Assembly: GCA_944327215.1 (NCBI GenBank)
Contig: CALVGY010000001.1
Location: 1-45,787 of the forward strand
Direction: 5' to 3'
Source: Candidatus Gastranaerophilales bacterium
GTDB taxonomy: Bacteria; Cyanobacteriota; Vampirovibrionia; Gastranaerophilales; Gastranaerophilaceae
Length of the DNA stretch: 45,787 bases
The translations under genes were made by a program, and so were the position numbers. The notes under the pieces were generated by a model. The model worked only from the letters and a program-made list of their open reading frames with translations, was not told where the DNA came from and made no database searches. The first letter of the stretch is position 1. Each line of letters begins with the position of its first letter. Positions 30,706 through 40,655 of the stretch are shown in pieces.

Positions 30706-32736
30706 TTATTCAGAGCAGCCGAATGCAATAGTAATGTGTTCTCTTGGATTTACAGCAGATATTTTGTATCCGCGTGGGTCAACAAGGTAAGCAATTTCGT
30801 CGCCTGTAGTTTGGAATAAGCCCATTGTTCCTGATAGAGCAGTTCTTGTAACATCAACAGGGGCTTTAACTGTTTCCCATAAGCCATCACCTAAGCTACG
30901 AGCAGCAGCACCGAATTGTCCTTGGAATGCATGTCCTAACATATAACCTGCATCATTAGAAACGTTTTCTGCAGCATTACCAACGTTTGTAATAATACCG
31001 CCTGCTGTTCTACCTACAATACCTATCATTGAACCTGCTAATGTAAATGGCATTTCAACTAATCTTGCAACAGGGTTAACTTGTTTTGATTTGTTAACTT
31101 GTGCTTGCAAAATTTGTTTTGGTAATTCAGCTTTGCAATCACCGTTTTTGATTGTTGTGAATGAAAGTTTTAAAGCACCTTTATCACAACCTGATGGTCT
31201 GATAACTTCTACAACCTGACCTGTTACTGTTGAACCGCAAGGATATGTTACACCGTTAATTGTTACATCTTCAAGAGTGTTTGCTCTGAAGTATTGTCCT
31301 ACGTGAGATGATTTTGCGGTTAATTGGTCGATCATTTTTACTTTTAATGTAGGGATTTTAACGATTTCTTCTTGTTCAACAAATGCATTTTTGTTTACAG
31401 GGCAAGCAGGACAAATGTTGTTTGCAGTTTTTGGGTTAGTATCATAACCTAAAGCTACACGAACAGTTTGCATCATAGAAGCAACTTCTGCACGGCTTGC
31501 TTCTTTATTAGGCATAATCATATTTGGGTTTGGTGAATCTTTTAAAGCACCGTTTTCCAAAGATTTTGCAACCGGAATTCTTGCCCAATTAGGAATAGTG
31601 TTTCCGTCTGCGTATTTGCTTAAGATTTCATCAGCTTTACATTGATCTATGTCGCAAGTCATACCTTTTGCGATTGTAGTCAAAGCTTCTACCCTTGTTA
31701 CAGGATGATTTGGCTTAAAGTTACCGTCAGGATAACCCTTCAATAAGTCTTCATCAACGGCCTTAGCAATTGCAGCGTTAGCCCAGTTGTTCATCGGAAC
31801 ATCTTTGAACATACCTTCTCTTGGCATATCGCACTTGTCTAGGTTGAAACCTTTCACTAACATTGTTGCAAATTCTGCACGAGAAATATTTCTGTTAGGT
31901 TTAAAATAACCGTCAGGATAACCTACTACAACATCGTTAATTGCTAATTTGTCAATATCACATGCTGCCCAAAAACCGTTTGGAACATCAGGGAACTGGC
32001 ATCCGCCTAAATTTGCGGCAGCACCTGTTGTTTGCATCATTTGGTTTGGGATTTCATAGGGTACAAAAGATTTTCTCACTGCGTCAATTGAATTTGATGA
32101 TTGAAAATCTATAGGACAGTTATTGCCATCCATAAGTCTTTCATTTCTTTCTATCGGAATCCCGTTATGTCTTGTAGGAGCATCGTTTAGACAAGGCATT
32201 TCTGTAGCTGCACCTGTTACTTGACCTTGTGAAGATATTGTTGTACCGTTCACATTTGAAGAAAGCACTCTTGGTGTACCTGCCAAAGGTGTATCTGTTG
32301 AGAATATAGAGTTTGCAGGCTGACCTACGTAATTGTTTGTACCGTAAATTGCGTTTGGATAGCCGTAAACTTGTTTCATGTCTTTTCTGTCCGGTTTTCC
32401 TGTTTGAGGACAAAGTGCACAAGCCGGTTCTGGCGGATCATCACAGCTAATTTCATCAGGACATCCGCAGTCTGATTTTTGTTGAGTTTCGCAAGGATCA
32501 CATGGATCTTCTTTTTGGCAATCGCAATCAGGCAATGCTTTTTTACACTTTGAACAAGTGTCAGGTTTTGCGGTTTCACACGGACAAGCCGGACCTGTAA
32601 CTACAGGTAACGGTTCTGCACACGGTGCAGGTGTTTCCGGTGACTCGCATGGACAAGCCGCCATTGCCTGATTCAAGGAACACGTTGCTATTCCAACGGC
32701 AATTGCAGCTGCCACAGTAAGTTTTTTAATAGTCAT
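30706..32736 (-). CDS. S-layer homology domain protein with Cys-rich N-terminus
   Basis: Signal peptide; three SLH repeats (FPDVP..FW..GYPDGYFKPNRNISRAE and similar); GGAGG RBS. Confidence 0.9.
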   Translation of the reverse strand: MTIKKLTVAAAIAVGIATCSLNQAMAACPCESPETPAPCAEPLPVVTGPACPCETAKPDTCSKCKKALPDCDCQKEDPCDPCETQQKSDCGCPDEISCDDPPEPACALCPQTGKPDRKDMKQVYGYPNAIYGTNNYVGQPANSIFSTDTPLAGTPRVLSSNVNGTTISSQGQVTGAATEMPCLNDAPTRHNGIPIERNERLMDGNNCPIDFQSSNSIDAVRKSFVPYEIPNQMMQTTGAAANLGGCQFPDVPNGFWAACDIDKLAINDVVVGYPDGYFKPNRNISRAEFATMLVKGFNLDKCDMPREGMFKDVPMNNWANAAIAKAVDEDLLKGYPDGNFKPNHPVTRVEALTTIAKGMTCDIDQCKADEILSKYADGNTIPNWARIPVAKSLENGALKDSPNPNMIMPNKEASRAEVASMMQTVRVALGYDTNPKTANNICPACPVNKNAFVEQEEIVKIPTLKVKMIDQLTAKSSHVGQYFRANTLEDVTINGVTYPCGSTVTGQVVEVIRPSGCDKGALKLSFTTIKNGDCKAELPKQILQAQVNKSKQVNPVARLVEMPFTLAGSMIGIVGRTAGGIITNVGNAAENVSNDAGYMLGHAFQGQFGAAARSLGDGLWETVKAPVDVTRTALSGTMGLFQTTGDEIAYLVDPRGYKISAVNPREHITIAFGCSE

Positions 32737-32931
32737 TTTTACCTCCTTGTGTTGTGGGCTTTTTTCAAAAAACCCCAAAAATTTTTTTTAAAAAACAAAC
32801 TAATACTAGATTATGTACTTCATTTATTGGAAGAAACATTGCCATAAGCGGTTATCCACGCAGGCTATTTGAAGATTGCCAACGCTATTTATAATTGACT
32901 TTCAGCATTTATTCAGATATCATCTTTTATT

Positions 32932-33714
32932 ATGAAGAAGATTTTTTTAGTTATTTTGTTTTTATGTTTTATATTTTGCGGTTGCGGGAAAAAAGAACCT
33001 AAACCGGATGTTTTAGCAAACATATATAAAAAAGATAAAATTGTAGTTGGAGTTAGAGAAGATGCTCCTCCTTTCGGGTACAAAGACAAAAATGGATACC
33101 TTACAGGTTTTGACATTGACCTTTCAAAATATATTGCAAAATCCATCTTAGGTAACGAAACAAAAGTGGAATTTATACCGGTTACTGCTTCAAATCGTAT
33201 TATGAAACTCGCATCCGGCGAAGTTGATATGTTGGTTGCTGCAATGTCTATAACTGAAAACAGAAAACAAATTTTGAATTTTTCAATACCTTATTACACA
33301 GCAGGACAAGCAATAATGGTAAATAGTGACAGCAAAGCATCAAGTCTTGCTGATTTTGAAAATAAAAAACTTATTATTGTATTCGGCTCTACAAGTGAAA
33401 GAAATTTAAGATCAAACGTTCCGGGAATTACTATTATAGGATTTAAAGGTTATGACGAAGCTTATAAAGCTCTAAAGGCAAGGCAAGCTGACGGAATGAT
33501 TGCTGATGACTCTATTCTTTTGCGATACACAATCAATGACAAATCCGTCAAAATTTTAAGAAAAAGATATTCTAAAGAACCTTATGCTGTTGTATTCAGA
33601 AAAGAAGCCGAATCTGAAAGAGTTTTAATGCAAGTTAATAACATAATGGAAAATCTTAAAAAAACCGGAAAACTTTATAAAATGCTTGAAAAATGGCAAA
33701 TTACAAATCAATAA
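32932..33714 (+). CDS. Polar amino acid ABC transporter substrate-binding lipoprotein (family 3)
   Basis: Lipobox FCGC; PPFG, GFDID and SITENRK..FSIPYY motifs. Confidence 0.88.
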   Translation: MKKIFLVILFLCFIFCGCGKKEPKPDVLANIYKKDKIVVGVREDAPPFGYKDKNGYLTGFDIDLSKYIAKSILGNETKVEFIPVTASNRIMKLASGEVDMLVAAMSITENRKQILNFSIPYYTAGQAIMVNSDSKASSLADFENKKLIIVFGSTSERNLRSNVPGITIIGFKGYDEAYKALKARQADGMIADDSILLRYTINDKSVKILRKRYSKEPYAVVFRKEAESERVLMQVNNIMENLKKTGKLYKMLEKWQITNQ

Positions 33715-33723
33715 GGATAAAAG

Positions 33724-34986
33724 ATGCCTTTTTATGCTGATTTACACATACATTCAAAATATTCACGCGCTACAAGCAAAGATTGCAATCTTGAAAATTT
33801 AGCAATATGGGCGCAAAAAAAAGGATTAAGTCTTATCTCCACAGGGGATTTTACACATCCTGCTTGGTTTGGTGAAATTCAGGAAAAATTAATCCCAGAC
33901 GGAAACGGTGCATATAAGTTAAAACCCGAAATTGAAAAACAAATATTAATTAATCACAACAACCCGATTAGATTTATTCTGTCCGTAGAAATTTCAACAA
34001 TATACAAAAAAGGGGACAAAACAAGAAAAGTTCACCATGTAGTTTTTGTTCCTGACATAAAAACAGCACAAAATTTTAGAAACAAGCTTGATGCCATAGG
34101 CAACATAAATTCTGACGGACGGCCAATTTTGGGGCTTGATTCAAGAAGTTTACTCGAAATTACACTAGAATCCGGTGACAACACATTTATAATCCCTGCA
34201 CATATTTGGACCCCATGGTTTTCCGTTCTCGGTTCCAAATCAGGATTTAATTCAATTGAAGAGTGTTATGAAGATTTATCCGAACATATTTTTGCATTAG
34301 AAACAGGACTGTCTTCAGACCCTGAAATGAATTGGAGAGTTTCAAAACTTGACAAATTCAGACTTGTCTCAAATTCAGATGCACATTCTCCGTCAAAACT
34401 TGCACGAGAAGCAACAGTATTTGACACATCTTTAAATTATTTCAGTATTCAAAAAGCTCTAAAAACAGGAGAAGGCTACATTGGAACAGTAGAATTTTTC
34501 CCTCAAGAAGGCAAATACCACGAAGACGGACATCGAAAATGTAATATTTGTCTTACTCCGGAAGAAACAAAAAAATACAAAGGAATTTGTCCTGTTTGTA
34601 AAAAACCTTTGACAATAGGAGTTTTAAACAGAGTTTGTGAACTTGCTGACAGAGATTGTAATAATACATTCAAACCAAAAACAGCAGGTGAAGTATATAG
34701 CCTAATTCCTTTAGCAGAAATTTTATCAGAAATAAAAGGAGTTGGTCCATCAAGCAAAACAGTAATTAATGAATATGAAAATTTAATTGCTAAATTTAAT
34801 TCAGAAATATTTATTTTGAACGAAATGCCAACAACTGCAATATCAAAAGATTATCCGATTCTTGCAGAAGCCCTTTCTCGCTTAAGAAATGGAAAAGTAA
34901 TAAAACAAGCAGGATACGATGGAGAGTATGGAGTTATTAAACTTTTCAAACAAAATGAGCTGCCTAAAAAACTTAGGCATTTATAA
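33724..34986 (+). CDS. Endonuclease Q family PHP-domain protein
   Basis: DLHIHSKYSRATS, PAHIWTPW, SNSDAHS, GKYH and GYDGEYG motifs. Confidence 0.88.
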   Translation: MPFYADLHIHSKYSRATSKDCNLENLAIWAQKKGLSLISTGDFTHPAWFGEIQEKLIPDGNGAYKLKPEIEKQILINHNNPIRFILSVEISTIYKKGDKTRKVHHVVFVPDIKTAQNFRNKLDAIGNINSDGRPILGLDSRSLLEITLESGDNTFIIPAHIWTPWFSVLGSKSGFNSIEECYEDLSEHIFALETGLSSDPEMNWRVSKLDKFRLVSNSDAHSPSKLAREATVFDTSLNYFSIQKALKTGEGYIGTVEFFPQEGKYHEDGHRKCNICLTPEETKKYKGICPVCKKPLTIGVLNRVCELADRDCNNTFKPKTAGEVYSLIPLAEILSEIKGVGPSSKTVINEYENLIAKFNSEIFILNEMPTTAISKDYPILAEALSRLRNGKVIKQAGYDGEYGVIKLFKQNELPKKLRHL

Positions 34987-35101
34987 TTTAATACAACTAC
35001 TTTTCTATATTTTAAAAATATTTTTTCATAACTTGATTTTATAATTAAAATCATAGGTGTAGTAATTAATATTTTACTATTTAAAAAGTTATTGTATAAA
35101 T

Positions 35102-35539
35102 TTATTTAATTAAATATTCAATAACATTATCCACATGGCCCTTAACTTTGACTTTTCGCCATTCTTTTTCTATTTTTCCGTTTTTGTCAATAACAAAAGT
35201 AGAACGTTCAATGCCCATATATTTTCTGCCATACATTGATTTTTCTTTCCAAACCCCGTATTCTTCAGCCAAAACATGTTCCGGATCTGATAACAAAATA
35301 AAATTCAAACCCTGCTTTTCTTTAAAACCTTTATGACTCTTAACAGAATCCGGACTAACACCAATCACAGTTGCAAAATTTGTAATTCTATTAATATTAT
35401 CTCTAAAATCACAAGCTTCCTGAGTGCAACCGGAAGTGTTATCTTTCGGATAAAAATACAAAACAACTCTTTGTCCGACAAAATCTTTTAAATCAAATTC
35501 AGCTTCGTTTCCCTCAATATCAATACCTGCAAATTTCAT
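35102..35539 (-). CDS. bcp: Peroxiredoxin Bcp
   Basis: YFYPKDNTSGCTQEACDFRD; AAGGAG RBS before ATG 35539. Confidence 0.93.
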   Translation of the reverse strand: MKFAGIDIEGNEAEFDLKDFVGQRVVLYFYPKDNTSGCTQEACDFRDNINRITNFATVIGVSPDSVKSHKGFKEKQGLNFILLSDPEHVLAEEYGVWKEKSMYGRKYMGIERSTFVIDKNGKIEKEWRKVKVKGHVDNVIEYLIK

Positions 35540-35717
35540 TTTATTCTCCTTTTTGTTATAATTTTTTATGAATAAATTATAACAAAAATTTTTTATAACA
35601 AACAATAATATTTTTTTGTAAAAATTATTTAAAATTTTAATCAAAACTAGCAAAATTAATTATTTTTAACCTATTATTAATAAACCAGACAAAACTTTTA
35701 AAATTCGGAGAATAAAA

Positions 35718-36737
35718 TTGATAAAAATAACTCCCTATTTTTTATCCGCACAAAATCCTGATACAATAAGTAATCTGAATACTTCAAAAGATATTAATTC
35801 TACCCAAGGCAAATATAATGACCCATTAAATCAATGGCCGGCAAGAGGACTTGCTTATTCAAATGAAATAGGTGCGGCTATTAGCGAAATAGCTCCTAAA
35901 CTAGGCTTATTATTGTGGGTTCCTGCATTGTTATATTTTGGAGCAGATATCTACGATAAATATAAAAATGATCAAAATTCCTACGATCCAAGTGCAAAAA
36001 GAGGAACAAAACAAGCAATATTTCAACTTTTAGCAAGCGTAATTCTACCTACAGCAGCTGTAAAAGTTGGACAAAAAACTGCATCCATAATTGGATTAAT
36101 AGGCAAACATAAACTCACCTTACAAACTCAAGAAGAATTACATCATTTTACAATTGATTATATAAAACAAAATAAAATTCGAAATTATGCAAACAATCAA
36201 GAAGAATATTATAAAAAGTTTGCAGAAAAATTAGCCAATCACATAGATGAAACCAAAAAAGAAAATAAATTTAAAAATAAAACAAAAAAAATAATCAACT
36301 GGCTATTTAACAGAAAACAGCCAGAAGCTGTAATCATGCCTACACCTGAAAAAATCACTCAATATACAAAAGCCAATATTGAACAAATATTCAAAATTAG
36401 AGAAAAACTCGTAAATAATAAAAAGCCTAATGAATTTACAGACAAAATGTTTGAAACATTCAAACAAATCAAACGCAAATTTGCGATGTCAGCAGATTAT
36501 CATGGAGATGCTACAGAAGATGCCGCAAAACAAGTAATCAAAATGTTTCAAAAAAAACAAATTTTCAAAAACAAATTACTGAAAACATTAGGTGGATTTG
36601 TAGTTTTAGGCTTGATGGTAAAACCTATAGACAAATTTGTTGAACTTTTTATTATAGACAAATTTGTGGAACCGAGCTTGACATTTTTACAAAAGAAACA
36701 AATCAACGAGTTTAAAAACAAAAATATGACTGCATAA
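35718..36737 (+). CDS. MTFP1/MTP18-like membrane protein with large helical insertion
   Basis: Motif blocks match eukaryotic MTFP1 as recalled (see findings). Confidence 0.7.
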   Translation: MIKITPYFLSAQNPDTISNLNTSKDINSTQGKYNDPLNQWPARGLAYSNEIGAAISEIAPKLGLLLWVPALLYFGADIYDKYKNDQNSYDPSAKRGTKQAIFQLLASVILPTAAVKVGQKTASIIGLIGKHKLTLQTQEELHHFTIDYIKQNKIRNYANNQEEYYKKFAEKLANHIDETKKENKFKNKTKKIINWLFNRKQPEAVIMPTPEKITQYTKANIEQIFKIREKLVNNKKPNEFTDKMFETFKQIKRKFAMSADYHGDATEDAAKQVIKMFQKKQIFKNKLLKTLGGFVVLGLMVKPIDKFVELFIIDKFVEPSLTFLQKKQINEFKNKNMTA

Positions 36738-36812
36738 AAATATTTTTTTAAATTTTCTATTAATTGACACAAATTTAAACATAGTCTAGAATTGAATAGA
36801 GGATACTAACCA

Positions 36813-39800
36813 ATGCTATTCAATAAGAGATTATTGCAAATATATTTAAACAAGTTTGAATTTCCTACAGATTATGATTTTGCAAGAGCACAAAACATTA
36901 TCAGCAAATGGCAAGAATCAATAAAAAACGGGAATTATGACAGAACAAAAGAAGAACAAGTTCAATCAACTTTTTTAACAAGATTTTTTGGAATAATCTT
37001 AGGCTACAGTGAAATTCACGACTCGCCAAATGAATGGTATTTGACAAATGAAGTAAAAACCGAATTTGATGGGACAAAATCTGATGGAGCATTAGGCTAC
37101 TTTTCTAAAGAAAAACATATAACAAGAGCCGTTATTGAACTAAAAGACGCTAATACATCTCTTGATAAAAAACAATCTGCAAGAAAAGATTATGATTCTC
37201 CCGTAAGCCAAGCATTCAGTTATTCTACAAAATTTGACAGATGTGATTGGATTATATTATCCAATTTTAAAGAAATCAGACTTTATAACAAAGATAGAGG
37301 TCAAGGTTATTATGAAAGCTTTGAAATCCTAAAACTTGATGATGAAAAAGAGTTTAAAAGATTTTATTTTTGCCTGTCCAAACAAAATTTGCTAGACGAA
37401 CACAGAAATTCTCTACTTGACAGACTCGTAAAAGATACAAGCAAAAATGAAGAAGAAATAACAAAAGATTTTTACAAAGACTATAAAAATTTAAGAAAAT
37501 TTTTATTTGAACATATCTGCGAACATAATCCGAATATTGATAAAAAATGTCTTTTGGAAAAAACACAAAAATTACTTGACAGACTTGTTTTTGTAATGTT
37601 TTGCGAAGATTCAACAATATCGCTATTACCACCATTTACACTAAAAAACTATTACGAAACAGGCAAAAACTTGCCAATCCCCACAGATGAAAAAATTTGG
37701 CCTATTATCAAAGGTCTTTTTACATCAATTGATAAAGGAAACAATGATGTCAAACCTCCAATCAATAGATATAACGGCGGACTTTTTGCCTATGATGAAA
37801 TTCTGGATAATATAAAAATAAAAGATTCCGCATTTGAAGAAATTATCAAACTTGCAAATTATGACTTTGAAAGTGATTTGAATGTCAATATTCTGGGTCA
37901 TATCTTTGAACAATCCTTGAATGACTTGGAACAAATCAAAGCAGAAATTGACGGAATAGAACAGGATAAACAAAAATCAAAACGTAAAAAAGACGGAATT
38001 TTTTACACACCTGAATATATTACAAGATACATTGTCGAACAAACAATCGGCGCATATTTAGAAGAAAATCCCGACAAATTGGAAACAATAAAAATTCTAG
38101 ACCCAGCATGCGGTTCAGGAGCATTTTTGAATCAAGCACATACATTTTTGCAAAAGCAGTATAAAATCCGCACAGAAGAAAAAATTAATTCAGAAAAATC
38201 ACTAAAACGTGGCGGTCAAGAGTTTGTAAAACTAAACCTGTTTGAACACCAAAACATGGCAGAAGTCGACCGCTCAATTTTACTAAATAATATCTACGGT
38301 GTTGACCTAAACTCTGAATCAACAGAAATAACAAAACTTGCACTATGGTTAAAAACAGCTAAAAAAGATGAACCCTTGCAAAACCTTGATGAAAACATAA
38401 AATGCGGGAATTCACTGATAGATGACCCAAATGTAGCAGGCGACAAAGCATTCAATTGGAATGAAGAATTTAAAGCTATAATGGACAATGGCGGTTTTGA
38501 TGTAATCATCGGTAATCCACCGTATGTAACATTATTATTAGGAAAAAATACACACAATACTAATAATAAAGATTTGTTTTTTTATAAACAATGTTATGAT
38601 AATAGTCTTGAATATAAAGGAAATTTATTTGCCTTATTTATTGAACAAGCAATAAAATTAGCTAATACAAATAGTTATATTGGATTTATTATTCCGAATA
38701 CAATTTTGCAAGGATTATCTTTTTCACGTATTCGAAAATATATATTAGATAATACTGAAATAAAAATAATAATAAATTTAAAATACAAAGTATTTGAAGA
38801 TGCCGAAATTGGCGGAAATACAATATTAATTTTGAAAAAAAGTAAAACTAATAAAGATAATATTATCAATATCATGGAATCAAACTCGCCTGATATTTTT
38901 TTAAATTTATCTTACATTGATAATAATCAAGTTATTAATGCAAATCAATATAGAGAAAATAGTAATTATGAGTTTCTTACAAATGTAAAATATTATACAT
39001 TATTTAAAAAAATAAAAACAGGTTGTATAGAGTTTAATAAAATTGCAGAATTTTATAATGGTATTAAATCAGGAAACAACAAAGAATTTCTTTGTGACCA
39101 CAAAAAGAATAATTTATATTATCCTGTTATTAGAGGTAAAGATATTAATAGATATAACCTTACTTTTAATAATTGCTTTATATTATTTGATAAAACTAAA
39201 TTGTGGAGTAATTTTGATGAAAATAAACTAAGCAAATGTCCCAAAATTATAATCCGACAAACTGGAGATTCTATTATTGCATGTCTTGACGAAATCGGTT
39301 ATTATTCAATGGATACAACACACATTATATATAACACCAAATTAAATATTAAATACTTATTAGCAGTATTAAATTCTAAAATTTTGACTTGGATTTTCCG
39401 CAGAATTGTGGAAGAAGAAAAAAAAGCATTTGCGGAAGTAAAACTTGTAGTAGTAAAAACTCTACCAATTCCATTAGCACTTGATGAACAACAAACAAGT
39501 CTAGCACAAAAAGCAGAACAGATGATTGAGTTGAACAAACAATTACATAATGGGATTGATTCTGCAATTGAGCTTATAAAAGCTGAATATCAGCCTAAAA
39601 AAATTAGCAAAAATCTCGAAAAATTCTACACTTTAGGTATTCACCCATTTATAGAAGAACTTGAAAAACAAAAAGTTAAACTAACTCTTTCACAAAAAGA
39701 AGAGCTTATTGCTTGGTACAAAGAAAAATCAGAAAAGTTAAACCAAATCCAATCAGAAATTGACAATCTTGACAAAACTATCGACCAAGAAGTCTATAAA

Positions 39801-39851
39801 TTGTACAATTTAACGGATGAAGAAATCAAAATTATCGAAAATAATAATTGA
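36813..39851 (+). CDS. Type IIG (Eco57I-like) restriction-modification fusion, N6-adenine MTase
   Basis: SDG…VIELK nuclease motif; FYTP, DPACGSG, GNPPY; TaqI-C-like KIIIRQ…LLAVLNS. Confidence 0.9.
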   Translation: MLFNKRLLQIYLNKFEFPTDYDFARAQNIISKWQESIKNGNYDRTKEEQVQSTFLTRFFGIILGYSEIHDSPNEWYLTNEVKTEFDGTKSDGALGYFSKEKHITRAVIELKDANTSLDKKQSARKDYDSPVSQAFSYSTKFDRCDWIILSNFKEIRLYNKDRGQGYYESFEILKLDDEKEFKRFYFCLSKQNLLDEHRNSLLDRLVKDTSKNEEEITKDFYKDYKNLRKFLFEHICEHNPNIDKKCLLEKTQKLLDRLVFVMFCEDSTISLLPPFTLKNYYETGKNLPIPTDEKIWPIIKGLFTSIDKGNNDVKPPINRYNGGLFAYDEILDNIKIKDSAFEEIIKLANYDFESDLNVNILGHIFEQSLNDLEQIKAEIDGIEQDKQKSKRKKDGIFYTPEYITRYIVEQTIGAYLEENPDKLETIKILDPACGSGAFLNQAHTFLQKQYKIRTEEKINSEKSLKRGGQEFVKLNLFEHQNMAEVDRSILLNNIYGVDLNSESTEITKLALWLKTAKKDEPLQNLDENIKCGNSLIDDPNVAGDKAFNWNEEFKAIMDNGGFDVIIGNPPYVTLLLGKNTHNTNNKDLFFYKQCYDNSLEYKGNLFALFIEQAIKLANTNSYIGFIIPNTILQGLSFSRIRKYILDNTEIKIIINLKYKVFEDAEIGGNTILILKKSKTNKDNIINIMESNSPDIFLNLSYIDNNQVINANQYRENSNYEFLTNVKYYTLFKKIKTGCIEFNKIAEFYNGIKSGNNKEFLCDHKKNNLYYPVIRGKDINRYNLTFNNCFILFDKTKLWSNFDENKLSKCPKIIIRQTGDSIIACLDEIGYYSMDTTHIIYNTKLNIKYLLAVLNSKILTWIFRRIVEEEKKAFAEVKLVVVKTLPIPLALDEQQTSLAQKAEQMIELNKQLHNGIDSAIELIKAEYQPKKISKNLEKFYTLGIHPFIEELEKQKVKLTLSQKEELIAWYKEKSEKLNQIQSEIDNLDKTIDQEVYKLYNLTDEEIKIIENNN

Positions 39852-39892
39852 AGTTAAAAATCAATTGTTATTATTACTTGGAGCTTGTAAAA

Positions 39893-40645
39893 ATGAAAAT
39901 ATATAATATTGTTTTTAGTCCAACTGGCGGAACTCAAAAAGTCGCGGATATCGTGGCAAAAGAATTAAGTCAAAATATTGAAAAAATTGATTTAGCAGAT
40001 ATCAACTTATCCGAACAGGTTTTAAATGGTGATTTAGCTATAATTGCAATGTCGTCGTTCGGGGGAAGAGCTCCTAAAGTTGCTGTTGAAAGATTAAAAA
40101 AAATTAATGGTAACGGAATTAAAACTATTGTAATAGTGGTATATGGAAACCGTGCCTATGAAGACACGCTTGTTGAAATGTTCGACGAAGCAGAAAATAA
40201 TAGTTTTAATGTTATTGGGGCAATATCAGCTGTTGCGGAACATTCTATTGTCCGAAAATACGCAAAAAACAGACCAAATATAGATGATGAATTACAATTA
40301 AAAAGTTTTGCAAAAAAAATAAATGAAAAATTAAACAATTCTAATAATATAAAACCAAATATTCCAGGAAACCGCCCATATAAAACTTTTAAGGGCATAA
40401 ACCTTATTCCAAAAACATCAAAAAAATGTAATAAATGCGGTTTATGTGCTCAAAAATGTCCTGTTGGTGCAATTAATATTAATAATGTTGCAGAAATTGA
40501 TGCTAAAAAATGTATTTCTTGTATGCGCTGTATTTCTATCTGCCCTCAAAAAGCTAAAAAAATATCAAAACTAATAACTTTTCTTGCAGGTTGTGCGATT
40601 AAAAAAGCTTGCGTTATAAAAAAAGAAAACGAATTATTTTTGTAA
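39893..40645 (+). CDS. Flavodoxin-fold plus 2x[4Fe-4S] ferredoxin (EFR1-like)
   Basis: FSPTGGT, VYGNRAYED; CNKCGLCAQKCP and CISCMRCISICP. Confidence 0.88.
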   Translation: MKIYNIVFSPTGGTQKVADIVAKELSQNIEKIDLADINLSEQVLNGDLAIIAMSSFGGRAPKVAVERLKKINGNGIKTIVIVVYGNRAYEDTLVEMFDEAENNSFNVIGAISAVAEHSIVRKYAKNRPNIDDELQLKSFAKKINEKLNNSNNIKPNIPGNRPYKTFKGINLIPKTSKKCNKCGLCAQKCPVGAININNVAEIDAKKCISCMRCISICPQKAKKISKLITFLAGCAIKKACVIKKENELFL

Positions 40646-40655
40646 TTTTATATAT

